The translations under genes and the position numbers were made by a program. From IMG/VR virus record IMGVR_UViG_3300029955_000001: a DNA stretch of 64,000 bases, one strand, 5' to 3'. Of this stretch, positions 36,847 through 46,785 are shown piece after piece (positions within the stretch are counted from its first letter, which is position 1; every line of letters begins with the position of its first letter). Below the pieces are notes generated by a model. The model worked only from the letters and a program-made list of their open reading frames with translations, was not told where the DNA came from and searched no databases. The stretch is from a virus. Its lineage: Duplodnaviria; Caudoviricetes.

Positions 36847-37121
36847 TAACGTTCCTTTATTTCTTTTAAGGTATTCGTTGTCGAGTCAAATTTAAATAGA
36901 GATATTTTAGATGTCTCATTGTCAACAATCGATAACGTAATATCATCCGATAGTGGGATTGGTTGATTTATGCACTTTTCTCTCTCTTGTTTACCTTTTG
37001 TTATTTTAGCATTAAGATTAACCAAAGCATAAAACAAAACAGCAATAAACGCACCGCCAATAGCGTATCCAATTAATAGAAAAGTAATTAACCACTCAGA
37101 AACTGTTAAGGGAATGTTCAT
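36846..37121 (-). CDS. small membrane protein
   Basis: N-terminal TM helix. Confidence 0.6.
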   Translation of the reverse strand: MNIPLTVSEWLITFLLIGYAIGGAFIAVLFYALVNLNAKITKGKQEREKCINQPIPLSDDITLSIVDNETSKISLFKFDSTTNTLKEIKER

Positions 37122-37129
37122 TTGGTTTT

Positions 37130-38144
37130 ATGCGAGATACCTCGCTATTTATTGCGAGGAGGGATAGCATATAGGGTAATGTAGTCACATTACCCTACCC
37201 TCACGCATTCCTTTCTATAGTAGCTATCATGATTATATTGGTACAGCTATGTTTTTACCACCAGACATAGATAGATAGTGATATAGTTGTAAACAGTAAG
37301 AATAACCATCATTCTTTTGAATGAGTGCACACTGGTTCCATTTAATAGATATTGGTTTATCATTAAATATTACTGAAAAATACCCACTAGCTCTAATCAC
37401 TACTCTACTAAAAATAGCTTTATTAACATAGCCTAATGTCGTTTTAATTTCTCTAGTAAACTTTACTAAATCACCAGTAGCAAATCAAAAGACACGTTTA
37501 GACATTTTACTAATAGTACGAGGGAATCCGTATTGATCTGGTTTAGTACGCTGGTATTGTCCTCGTCCTGTACATTTAATTTCTAGATGTGGTCTACGCC
37601 AGTTATTTACTACTAAAACATTACCGACACAAGCAGCATCTAAGGCATGGGTCTTAGGTATATTAAAATTATGTCGATTATATTTAGTTTGACTACCAGA
37701 TCCTGTATTCACTGGTAATCCAGTATTTATACATTCTAAATATAATTGATTACGCGTAGCATTGACAGCAGCAGCATCGCGTAGTGGTTTTTGAGCAGTA
37801 GATAATATCTTTTTCAGTAATTCAGGCTTATCTTTTAAAAACACTTCTATCAGTATATTACTTTTCTTTTGATTACAATCATGACAGGCTATGCCTAAAT
37901 TGGATACACGATTAGATCCACCTCGACTACGCGCTACTATATGCTCAATTTCTAATGGTCGATCATTTTCTGTCTTACAATACATACATTGATGATCGTA
38001 TTTCTCTAGTAGATATTCTTTTACGTCGTAATTAAACAATGTACCCTGTTGATATTCAATACCTGTAATCTCTGGTTTTACTAACTTTTGCATATCAAAT
38101 TTGACTCTCTCGATAGCTAACCATGATAATTGGAGGGTATTCAA
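37130..38144 (-). mobile_element. iscB: decayed IS200/IS605-type IscB (HNH) element
   Basis: [44 protein letters not shown]; in-frame TGA at 37485-37487 then FATGDLVK...RASG...QKNDGYSY to 37233; subterminal hairpin CCTCGC/GCGAGG at 37140-37159; N-terminus missing. Confidence 0.85.
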
Positions 38145-38199
38145 ATGGTGAGTTATAAATAGCCATTTACTCTTCCTTTATTTTAATATATTTTTATTA

Positions 38200-38457
38200 T
38201 TACGTTTGGACAGACACGTTCTCAAATGGGAATGTATCTTTCGTTGGATTTTTAATATAATCAAGTAAGTTTGCGCGCGCAATATTTCGCAATACTTTTA
38301 AGCTAGCTGAATCTCTGCTTAAATAATATTCCAAGTATGCTTTAATGGTTTCATCTAACAAATGCTCAACTTTTGGCATTTGTTCTTTACTTAAACCTTC
38401 ACGTTGTTCTTCGTCCATCCATTCAGCAAATGTTTTATCAACAAGGTTATGCAACAC
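38200..38457 (-). CDS. hypothetical protein
   Basis: 85-aa ORF. Confidence 0.6.
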   Translation of the reverse strand: MLHNLVDKTFAEWMDEEQREGLSKEQMPKVEHLLDETIKAYLEYYLSRDSASLKVLRNIARANLLDYIKNPTKDTFPFENVSVQT

Positions 38458-38475
38458 GCTATCATCGATGCTCGT

Positions 38476-39528
38476 TTATTTTCCTTTGTCCGCTTCCCAT
38501 AAATACTTGCAGTCAGTAATAAACTTCTCAATATGTTCTTGAGTTGTTTGTTCTTGAATAATCCAGTCTGTAAAACTAAATCCTACAGGGGATCGAGATT
38601 TGCAAAACTCCATGAACTGTCCTAGTTCTTTTCCAACAAAACCAGAAATAGAACCAATAATAAATCCATTCCATTTTGTTTTAATTACTTTTTGTTGTTT
38701 GTGTTTAGCATACTCTAAAGTAAGCTGTTCAGCAAAACCAGGAAATATAGCTGGATTAGTAGCGCATAATAACCAGTAGTTTTTCTCTTCTTCTCGTTTA
38801 ACAGATACCTTATCTTGGACATACGCAGACCACTTGTACTTGTCAAGTTCTGGTTTATCTTCTATCCATTTCAGAAACGCTGTATAAGTAGGACGTTTAA
38901 TATCACGAATACGACTAATGTGATTTCTATTATCAAGTTTAAATATCTGACGATGGAAATATGGACTAGAAGCAGCATACTCAAAGACATCTTCTAACGT
39001 TTCGAAACCCTTGATATGCCGCGAGAAATCATAACCAAGGAATTTAAATACAGCACTTACGTCCCTACTTACTAAAACTTCAGCATAAGCATGCGTTCCG
39101 TCTCTCAGTATTTTCCACAGTCCGTTATGCCCGTACTTAAACCCCATTTTGTGCGCTATGCGACCCATTAAATTACCCAGATCATTAAATGCAAAATATA
39201 CTTGGGCAAAGAAGAAATCTATCCTGGGCGCTTTGATTAAATCAATTTGCATTCCACGATAGTCAAATGACACTACATCATTATTTAATAAGTCTTGTGG
39301 TTTAAATACAGCACGAATTATGTCTATCCAATTAGGTGGAAGATTATCTGATTCAATAAGAATGTCAGCATCCCCAAATGATTCTTTTGATGAGTATGCT
39401 TCAATTGGATTAGCTAGGCATGTTGGAAAAGCATCGTGCAACTTACTTAAAACGTCACCGACAATCGCAAAATATTCTGTAGTTGTCTTCCTTGTCACAC
39501 CTACATGTTTCATCGCGTTACCGCCCAT
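38476..39528 (-). CDS. Pol-beta-like nucleotidyltransferase
   Basis: MGGNA start, KESFGDADIL (hG[GS]xDxD-like), downstream QIDLI. Confidence 0.7.
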   Translation of the reverse strand: MGGNAMKHVGVTRKTTTEYFAIVGDVLSKLHDAFPTCLANPIEAYSSKESFGDADILIESDNLPPNWIDIIRAVFKPQDLLNNDVVSFDYRGMQIDLIKAPRIDFFFAQVYFAFNDLGNLMGRIAHKMGFKYGHNGLWKILRDGTHAYAEVLVSRDVSAVFKFLGYDFSRHIKGFETLEDVFEYAASSPYFHRQIFKLDNRNHISRIRDIKRPTYTAFLKWIEDKPELDKYKWSAYVQDKVSVKREEEKNYWLLCATNPAIFPGFAEQLTLEYAKHKQQKVIKTKWNGFIIGSISGFVGKELGQFMEFCKSRSPVGFSFTDWIIQEQTTQEHIEKFITDCKYLWEADKGK

Positions 39529-39591
39529 GTTATTTCTCCTTTTATTTTTAACGGAATAAAATGGAAGAACTTTCGTTCTTCCATTTTATAA

Positions 39592-40125
39592 TTACTTTTC
39601 TGAATCGCCAAACAATAATTTCTGAGGAATGCTTTTCGTTACGACAGTAAAGTTTTCTTCATCATCAGATGTATAAGCAAGATGAATAATACGATCGAAA
39701 ACATCTGCGTCCCATATACAGTTCTTCATTGGAGCTACACACGGATTACCACCCAAAACATCAATCAATTCTGGGATCTTGCCGTGGTGCCAACAAATCG
39801 CCACTACTTTTCCTTTATACTTCTTTTTACTAAGTAGACGTTTAGCTAATACACTAAAATCTTCATCAGACCATTTAGTTTCTACTTTAATCTTAACAGC
39901 ATCAGCAAATGGCGTAATTGTTTCGATAGGGCGCACACTACCTTTTGATTTTTTAGTGGCTATAACGTGATGCACTTTATGAGAGAATGGTTTATATAGC
40001 CCTAAGCCTACTGCACGAGTATGCCCGCGTACAGAAAGATTAGGACCGTCGTTAGGTCCATCAACATGCGATTCGCCTGGTTTCTCAGCATGTCGCACAA
40101 TAAATATATGCGCTGGGTAAGTCAT
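39592..40125 (-). CDS. histidine phosphatase (phosphoglycerate mutase-like)
   Basis: IVRHAEK catalytic motif, R..ET, ICWHH. Confidence 0.8.
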   Translation of the reverse strand: MTYPAHIFIVRHAEKPGESHVDGPNDGPNLSVRGHTRAVGLGLYKPFSHKVHHVIATKKSKGSVRPIETITPFADAVKIKVETKWSDEDFSVLAKRLLSKKKYKGKVVAICWHHGKIPELIDVLGGNPCVAPMKNCIWDADVFDRIIHLAYTSDDEENFTVVTKSIPQKLLFGDSEK

Positions 40126-40178
40126 GTTTAAATTCCTCGTTCAGTGAACACATAGCATTACTGTTGTGTATTTTAAAA

Positions 40179-40712
40179 CTATGTTAATAATCGTTCTCGG
40201 TAGTTTTGGATAGGTGATTCCGCGTCATCGACGCTGCTCCATGTAACCCCTCGTAGCGCCCTAGAGATGTTTGCCTGAGAAGTGTTGTATTTAGTTTCTA
40301 ATTCAGCTAATGTCATCTCCATATCCATTTTCTTAATCCGACGCATTTCAATTACTGTCTCAGCATTTAAAACTGTCGTACTACGATTTTTACAAGACGA
40401 TTTTATTGTAGACAAACAACAGTTATTAGGACTGAAATTCTTTGTTACATCTAAACGTATAACTTTAAAAGGAACATTAATTAATTCTGGTTGGTAAGAT
40501 AACTCCCTATCTACCCATTTAATGAAATTACATATTCCTTCAGGATTTGTATCTATCCAAACTTTTGCTACTGTAATCCCTTTACCACCGTAACTAGGAT
40601 AATTTTTATTCGAACTATCGTAACAACGCTGGATAAAACTAAGCCATCTAGCGTAATACTTATGTTTTTTCATACCGTGCTTAACTGCGCCGAGATGATT
40701 CATTTTGTGCAC
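40179..40712 (-). CDS. HNH/homing-endonuclease-related protein
   Basis: W..FIQRCY.....YPSYGGKGITV pattern, FSPNNC, C-terminal HTH-like segment; catalytic His apparently absent. Confidence 0.6.
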   Translation of the reverse strand: MHKMNHLGAVKHGMKKHKYYARWLSFIQRCYDSSNKNYPSYGGKGITVAKVWIDTNPEGICNFIKWVDRELSYQPELINVPFKVIRLDVTKNFSPNNCCLSTIKSSCKNRSTTVLNAETVIEMRRIKKMDMEMTLAELETKYNTSQANISRALRGVTWSSVDDAESPIQNYRERLLT

Positions 40713-40771
40713 TTTTTAAGAGTGAAAAAATAAAAAAATGTTAAACGGTGGTAGTTTAACATTTTTTCTAG

Positions 40772-41089
40772 TTATTCTTCGCTATCGGAAAACGACTGTA
40801 TAATAATCTCAACTTGTTCAGACAGATTTTTAACTGTCATATCGAGATTTATTTGTTCTCCATCAATTACGATACCGAACTCTTCTTCTAGTCGTTCTAT
40901 AAGCGACGCTTCGTCAATATAATCCATTCCAAGGTTATCGCCCAAAACAGATTGAGAATTAACATCATCGGGCGGTGAGTTTGTTATATCGATAATAATA
41001 TTTTTTATTTTATCAAGTACAGTCATTTCGATAGCGTCTTCTATTTCACTTCTGTTCTCAACTACAATATCTAACTCTTCATCAGCCAT
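40772..41089 (-). CDS. acyl carrier protein-like, lacking the conserved Ser
   Basis: ACP pattern LGDNLGMDYID...LEEEFGIVI, with DYID where DSLD is expected. Confidence 0.65.
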   Translation of the reverse strand: MADEELDIVVENRSEIEDAIEMTVLDKIKNIIIDITNSPPDDVNSQSVLGDNLGMDYIDEASLIERLEEEFGIVIDGEQINLDMTVKNLSEQVEIIIQSFSDSEE

Positions 41090-41110
41090 TATTACTCTCC
41101 TTTTTTTACT

Positions 41111-41566
41111 TTACGTGGCATCTTTATCAAGCGTAAGGTTAACTTGCATGCGTGGTTGACCTGCTGGGCGTTGTTGTTTTAAATCTTCAATGCAATACAA
41201 AGAGTCTGGGTCTAACATCCCCATTATGTTTGTCCGTTTGAAAGCAGGTACTTTAATCACATACCAACATAGTGGACACCATGCTAGATTTATACCTACT
41301 TGACTCAGACGATCTGTTACGAGTCCGTAGTATTTACGAATAACCGGTTTTTGCATTGCCTCAGTGAATTTCAGACTAATTTCTGGTCCTAAAATGTGAG
41401 CCATAGCATCACGGTCAACTGGTATAAAATATCCATACGGATTACCAGACCCTACTACTTTTGGCGTATCGTTCCGATTGCAAATAGCAACAATCATATC
41501 TGTTGCCTTAGTTACGCTATATGGGAACGAATGCTTTTCTTCATTGACAAAATTATACACAGTCAT
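41111..41566 (-). CDS. hypothetical protein
   Basis: 151-aa ORF with AAGGAG RBS. Confidence 0.7.
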   Translation of the reverse strand: MTVYNFVNEEKHSFPYSVTKATDMIVAICNRNDTPKVVGSGNPYGYFIPVDRDAMAHILGPEISLKFTEAMQKPVIRKYYGLVTDRLSQVGINLAWCPLCWYVIKVPAFKRTNIMGMLDPDSLYCIEDLKQQRPAGQPRMQVNLTLDKDAT

Positions 41567-41663
41567 TTGTTACTCCTTACAAGTTTAATATAACATTAGC
41601 ACTATGCGTAACATGCTAACTCTCCCTACATTCCCTCCCAGTATTAATGAGAGGGAATTCCTT

Positions 41664-42182
41664 TTAAAGAATACCGAGTTTCTTGTAGAGTGCGTATTCT
41701 TTAATTACCGGCATGAATTTCAGAATCCACTGAAAGAAAAGAAGAATTGCTAAAGAGTTTGCTCTCTTCACGCGACCTTCTTCCGTATTCGTGAAATCGA
41801 AACTACACTTACCTTTCAAATTCCCAGTGGAAATCCCTGCAATATAAAACGGAACAGGGTTAGATACGTAAGACGATTCTCCGTCTCCAGCAAAGTATAA
41901 ACTATGCTCGCTAAGAATACCTGATGAGTTAGAGAAAATCTTTGGCGTAATAACACCACTTTTTATTTTTTCTTGAAGGACATAGAAAAGTTTCTGATCT
42001 TCATTGAAAGTAGAAAAGCCAACTGATTGGCTTCTAACAAAGAAATCAGCATCGATACCGTACGATTTATTGAGTGGTAACTTTGCATACGATCCTGCAT
42101 ATACGGGATCATCGAATACTATTCCGTTAAACAAACAAAAATCTCTAACCTGATCGATAGCTACTGTGGGAAGGTGTTTCAT
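41664..42182 (-). CDS. hypothetical protein
   Basis: 172-aa ORF with AAGGA RBS. Confidence 0.7.
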   Translation of the reverse strand: MKHLPTVAIDQVRDFCLFNGIVFDDPVYAGSYAKLPLNKSYGIDADFFVRSQSVGFSTFNEDQKLFYVLQEKIKSGVITPKIFSNSSGILSEHSLYFAGDGESSYVSNPVPFYIAGISTGNLKGKCSFDFTNTEEGRVKRANSLAILLFFQWILKFMPVIKEYALYKKLGIL

Positions 42183-42295
42183 AATAGTCGTTCCTTTAGA
42201 CTATTTTAATAAACCCGATTGCCTATGCGCTCGGATGTTAGTCGCTGAAAGCACTAACATGAATCCCTCCTCATTAGAAGAGGGCATCATCTTAA

Positions 42296-42532
42296 TTACT
42301 TTGCGTTATTAGTGATGTAATCAATAACGTCTTGCACTGTAATGAACTTTTCTGCTGCTTCGTCAGGTATTTCTAATTCAAATTCATCTTCCAAAGCCAT
42401 AACAAGTTCAACAGCATCCAGCGAGTCCATACCAAGATCATCGTCGAACTTCGTAGTTGTTGTAACGTTTTGTTCTAACGAATCAAATTGATCAGAAACA
42501 ATTTTCTGAATACGACTTTCAACATTTTTCAT
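42296..42532 (-). CDS. acpP: acyl carrier protein
   Basis: DLGMDSLDAVELVMALEDEFELEIPDEAAEKFITVQDVIDYI, canonical ACP. Confidence 0.95.
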   Translation of the reverse strand: MKNVESRIQKIVSDQFDSLEQNVTTTTKFDDDLGMDSLDAVELVMALEDEFELEIPDEAAEKFITVQDVIDYITNNAK

Positions 42533-42549
42533 GTAATCCTCACTGAGAT

Positions 42550-42888
42550 TTAGTCTTTGTCATATATTGCGCGGTTTATGATTTTTCTCTCTTTGTAATT
42601 ATCAACTGGCATAAAGTCACTAGTGACAACATAAATATTTACGTATATATTAAATGTGTTACGAGCAAAGTCACTGGCGATACTCCATGCTGCTTTTTCA
42701 TCCGGAATAAGTTCTTCTCCAGCCCGACTATCCGGGAAATAGTCAGTTGTTGCTACCAATCCGTCTAGCTTTTCGAAATGAACCATAAAGCCAGGTTTAA
42801 TTGGTTTTGCACGACCGCCGCTATTAATTATTTTTAACGCCTCTTCCATTTTCATATCGCTCTCCTTGAGTAACTCAGTAACTATCAA
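42550..42888 (-). CDS. hypothetical protein
   Basis: 112-aa ORF; likely start MKMEEA after AAGGAG. Confidence 0.65.
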   Translation of the reverse strand: MIVTELLKESDMKMEEALKIINSGGRAKPIKPGFMVHFEKLDGLVATTDYFPDSRAGEELIPDEKAAWSIASDFARNTFNIYVNIYVVTSDFMPVDNYKERKIINRAIYDKD

Positions 42889-42923
42889 GTTAGTGATATA
42901 TTACTGAGTTATTTTAGATTTAA

Positions 42924-43898
42924 TTATGCTGACATTGGAGCGTCAATTCTAGCGAGATGTTGGTAATCTTGCAATACAATATCATCAGGTTTAATACGTG
43001 TGAATGCGCCTTTTATATCATCTAGATTTATAATTGGTTTGACATTATCAGACAATAATACTTTCGGCAATGAAAGATGTTCACGCTTTAGTAACTCTTC
43101 AGCTTGTTCGAAATGATCCTCGTAAAGATGACAGTTTGCAGCTTGCATTGTGATTGTGCCTGGTGCAAAGCCACTTAAACGCGCCATGATTAGTAGCTGT
43201 AGAGCGGTTGTTGCTATGTTTGTCGGCGCGCCTAAAAATCCATCCATTGAACGGATTGTCATAACAAGATGTAACACTTTTGGATTTTCTAAAGCTATAT
43301 AGCGATAATCCATGTGGCACGCCGGGAGTGCTTGTAAATCAATCTCAGCAGGATTCCACGCAGTGATAATCATACGGCGATCAGATGGATTCGTTAACAA
43401 TGTACGCAGTACGTTTTCAAGCTGATTAATTTCACGTTCAAATAGAAATAAACCCCTGCTGGAGTCATACATAGCGACCGAGTAACCTAATTCACTTAAA
43501 CGATCAAATTCTTTTCCATCTGAACTATTAATAACACGTCGATCTTTCCACGCTGTCCATTGAACACCGTAACAACGACCGATATCATCTTCTCCCTTAC
43601 GATGTGGGTTATCTAACCACGCTTTCGTTTCATTAGCGTTTTGGTTCCATAGATTACATCCCATATTACGAAAATCAACAGCATTATCGTACCCGCGAAA
43701 GAAGCTTAATAACTCTCCTTTAATGCCGTTAAAAAACAACTTACGTGTTGTTAGTAGAGGAAAGAATTCACTAACATCATATTGCAATTGATAACCGAGC
43801 AATACGCGGCATAGCTTACCAGTGCGCTCATTAAATTGTTCGATAGGACTATTTAAAGTTGCTCTAATCATATCGTGATAGTTTTGCATGTTACTCAT
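42924..43898 (-). CDS. thyA: thymidylate synthase
   Basis: FPLLTTRK, GRCYGVQW, RRMIITAWNP, ALPACH catalytic Cys, HLYEDH. Confidence 0.97.
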   Translation of the reverse strand: MSNMQNYHDMIRATLNSPIEQFNERTGKLCRVLLGYQLQYDVSEFFPLLTTRKLFFNGIKGELLSFFRGYDNAVDFRNMGCNLWNQNANETKAWLDNPHRKGEDDIGRCYGVQWTAWKDRRVINSSDGKEFDRLSELGYSVAMYDSSRGLFLFEREINQLENVLRTLLTNPSDRRMIITAWNPAEIDLQALPACHMDYRYIALENPKVLHLVMTIRSMDGFLGAPTNIATTALQLLIMARLSGFAPGTITMQAANCHLYEDHFEQAEELLKREHLSLPKVLLSDNVKPIINLDDIKGAFTRIKPDDIVLQDYQHLARIDAPMSA

Positions 43899-43910
43899 AA
43901 TGATTTCCTT

Positions 43911-44174
43911 TTAGTGCATGTGCGCTATGTTTGGTTTATTTAATAGGTCTACAGCGTTAGTAATTGCTTGTTTAATATCGGCTCGTTCAATATCAACATT
44001 AAACACTATTGCCCTGTCCATAATGTTTTTTTCATAATGACGATGTTGCGCTATGAGAGCTATGTATTGTTGCTCGCGTTCGCCTGTAACACCCGTGCTT
44101 TTAATAGCTTTACAGAACTCACAATCGCAATAATTTTCTGAACTATCAATATTACTAGTTGAATCAGTTTTCAT
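43911..44174 (-). CDS. hypothetical protein
   Basis: 87-aa ORF with GGAGG RBS. Confidence 0.6.
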   Translation of the reverse strand: MKTDSTSNIDSSENYCDCEFCKAIKSTGVTGEREQQYIALIAQHRHYEKNIMDRAIVFNVDIERADIKQAITNAVDLLNKPNIAHMH

Positions 44175-44380
44175 ATTACCTCCGTTGAGTTTTTTTCATT
44201 TCCGAAACAAGTTCCTCATAGTTTTTTCTTTGAGCTTCTCGTAACTTTGCATCTCTATTTGATTTCCATACCCTATAAAGAACAATGAAGCATGCGGATA
44301 ATGATCCTAATACTAAAATCAAAATAATAATCAAAAATATACTCACGCTTTATCCTTTTCAAGTTATTTAGAAATCACTA

Positions 44381-44761
44381 CTATTTTATTTTCTCAGACC
44401 TGATTACTTTAGCGCATTCATCTGACGTCATGTTGCCTTCAAATTCTTTACCTGTTGCATCGTATCCAGGTGGTCGAAAAACTGTATTCTCACAAAGTCG
44501 TGCAGCAAACTCTAGAGTAAGATTAACTATAGCTGCGTTGTTAATACTTAGCTCTCTTGTTTTGCTTATGTAATTACGAAGAAATGTTGCCGGTGATGTC
44601 TTATCCGGCATAAGGAATTTATTTTCTAGATTATTTAGCGCTATTCTTGCATCGTTTATTTCTTTATCAGTGAAAGATACTATTGGCAGCACATTTGCGA
44701 TTGTGACAGGCTCAGGTCCGTATATCGCTTTCATTGTTTCTGGACCATATTTTTCATTCAT
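44381..44761 (-). CDS. hypothetical protein
   Basis: 126-aa ORF with AAGGA RBS. Confidence 0.65.
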   Translation of the reverse strand: MNEKYGPETMKAIYGPEPVTIANVLPIVSFTDKEINDARIALNNLENKFLMPDKTSPATFLRNYISKTRELSINNAAIVNLTLEFAARLCENTVFRPPGYDATGKEFEGNMTSDECAKVIRSEKIK

Positions 44762-44770
44762 AATTTTTCC

Positions 44771-45145
44771 TTAATGAACGGTTTCATCAGGTGAAACTAA
44801 TCCAGCGATATGAACATTTGTGTCTTTTCCTTTTGTTGCAAGAGCAATGGCATCGAATAACGAACCAAACATTAATTCAAGACGAGCATCTTCATTAGAA
44901 TCAACAAACAATTGACGTTTCTCCAGTGGCCAAAGAAGACTTGGTTCGCAACATGAGAAGTCTGGGCAACATTCATTTTTAAAATGATTATGTTTTGGTT
45001 CACCAGCTAACCACGATTCTTCCTGCGCTTTCAACGAGGCTCTGTACGGGACAGCGTACTCTTCTTTCATAATCCATTCTGACCCATCTTCAGATTGGTA
45101 ATGTGTTACTTCGATAGGCAAGTCAACCATTGTAGTAATTGTCAT
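44771..45145 (-). CDS. hypothetical protein
   Basis: 124-aa ORF with an ECCPDFSCC motif. Confidence 0.7.
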   Translation of the reverse strand: MTITTMVDLPIEVTHYQSEDGSEWIMKEEYAVPYRASLKAQEESWLAGEPKHNHFKNECCPDFSCCEPSLLWPLEKRQLFVDSNEDARLELMFGSLFDAIALATKGKDTNVHIAGLVSPDETVH

Positions 45146-45156
45146 TTTTAATTTCC

Positions 45157-45645
45157 TTAAGGAGTTTGAAAACCTGTGTCAACATGAACAAAGCTTGTCG
45201 GCATTCCGCGCAGAGTATGATGCTGAAGACTCGATATTGGTACTTGATGCTCGCTTACAATCTGTGTATTTATTTTCGGAGTGTTAATCTCTTTCCATCT
45301 ACGTGAAAATTCTTTTTCTATTTTAGATACTTCTTCATTATACCCCGCCATCACTTTCTTACCGTCTGGTGTGCGGCGTTGTTGACGATTTAGTCGATCT
45401 ATACCGAAATGATTTCGCACTGCTTCCATACTAGCATTACGCCCACATTCCAAGATTAAGTTGTTATATTCCCTATCTTTTTTATCAGATTCAGTTTCGA
45501 ATACTAAGCGTTGGGATAGCGGGTTGTTTTTAATCTTGCTATTATAGTGTTGATATTCACTTTCGCCACGAGCGCCGTAGTTGTGTTTCAGATTATTTTT
45601 TGTCGCTGGTGGGAGACGCATTTGTTGTTGGTTGTTCTCGGTCAT
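45157..45645 (-). CDS. hypothetical protein
   Basis: 162-aa ORF. Confidence 0.65.
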   Translation of the reverse strand: MTENNQQQMRLPPATKNNLKHNYGARGESEYQHYNSKIKNNPLSQRLVFETESDKKDREYNNLILECGRNASMEAVRNHFGIDRLNRQQRRTPDGKKVMAGYNEEVSKIEKEFSRRWKEINTPKINTQIVSEHQVPISSLQHHTLRGMPTSFVHVDTGFQTP

Positions 45646-45919
45646 GACTAAACCCTATCGGTATACGTTGTAAAATTGGAAGAGATACTATCGGCATTAA
45701 TGGTTGAACTTGTAGTTCAGATACAATAGTTTTATTACAAGATTCAATTTTCTGAAACCCTATAGATTCTAACCATTCAGAAAATCTGTTACTTCTCTGT
45801 TTTAATTCTTCTTTTTGTTCATCAGGTAAAGCAAGCCAAGCTTCGTAATCTTTACGCTCCTCTTCCGCACGTGCTTCAGCTTGTTCTGGTGTTTCCCAGT
45901 CTCTTTGATCCATTGTCAT
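45593..45919 (-). CDS. hypothetical protein
   Basis: 108-aa ORF with AAGGA RBS. Confidence 0.6.
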   Translation of the reverse strand: MTMDQRDWETPEQAEARAEEERKDYEAWLALPDEQKEELKQRSNRFSEWLESIGFQKIESCNKTIVSELQVQPLMPIVSLPILQRIPIGFSHDREQPTTNASPTSDKK

Positions 45920-45975
45920 AATTATTTCCTTTTTAGAAATAGCAATCTATCGTAGTGGTAGATTGCTATTTCTAA

Positions 45976-46785
45976 TTAAATGTTATTAATTCTTGTTTGT
46001 TCAATATCTTTATTAATACTGTCAATAAATGCTGCGCGTATACTTGGATCAGCGCTTGCTGTATTTATTTTATTGAGAACTTGTTGTGCGTCGTCATCAA
46101 TGGTTTGACTTTGTAATATTTCCCCATGAAAAACAATTTCGTAATTCAACGGGCTAGTTAAATTCATACCCATATCTCTAACTGCTTCGCTGCTTGGAAA
46201 ACGTTTTGGAAACACATCCTTAACTAACCATGCACTTTGAATTACAGTGTGTGTTGGGTCAGGTTCAAATAAGATAACATCGAACGTGTAATTTAACTTA
46301 CGAGCTTTGTCGTAATCTATAAGTTGTGCTATAGACATTTTACAAGCCGCAATAGCCCGTTCATTGCAAATTTGCTGATAGTGTCTACCCCATACTTGGA
46401 AAAAAGCATCTACTGGTTTTCCATACTTTTCACCAATGAGAATTTTTAATTCTTTTTTATCTGGAATAAACTGATGATTTAAAGTTGTTGTGTATCCGTT
46501 ATTAATACCGAATATTTTTAATGGATGAAGTTCGAATAACGCACGAGCTGTGGCATTAAAAGTTTTATCTTCTGAACGAATATCGGCAGATTCTACATAT
46601 TCAGATTCGCCAAAGCGTGGTGGGTTATTTATAAACCGTGTTACAACAGCGCAAACATTACGTTTAAAATGCGCTCGGTTACTAACCCAGGTATCTAATT
46701 TATCAATGTTGTCGAAATCTTTAGGATCATTATTAATGTTCATGCTATTCTTTCGCCAATGGATTGTTGGGGACAAATACTTCAT
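45976..46785 (-). CDS. hypothetical protein
   Basis: 269-aa ORF; likely start MNINNDP. Confidence 0.7.
   Translation of the reverse strand: MKYLSPTIHWRKNSMNINNDPKDFDNIDKLDTWVSNRAHFKRNVCAVVTRFINNPPRFGESEYVESADIRSEDKTFNATARALFELHPLKIFGINNGYTTTLNHQFIPDKKELKILIGEKYGKPVDAFFQVWGRHYQQICNERAIAACKMSIAQLIDYDKARKLNYTFDVILFEPDPTHTVIQSAWLVKDVFPKRFPSSEAVRDMGMNLTSPLNYEIVFHGEILQSQTIDDDAQQVLNKINTASADPSIRAAFIDSINKDIEQTRINNI

Noticed and set aside
41631-42284. CCCTC...GAGGG hairpins flanking ORF 41664-42182 as IS200/IS605 ends
   Set aside because: Equally explained as terminators; no transposase, TnpB or target-site evidence.
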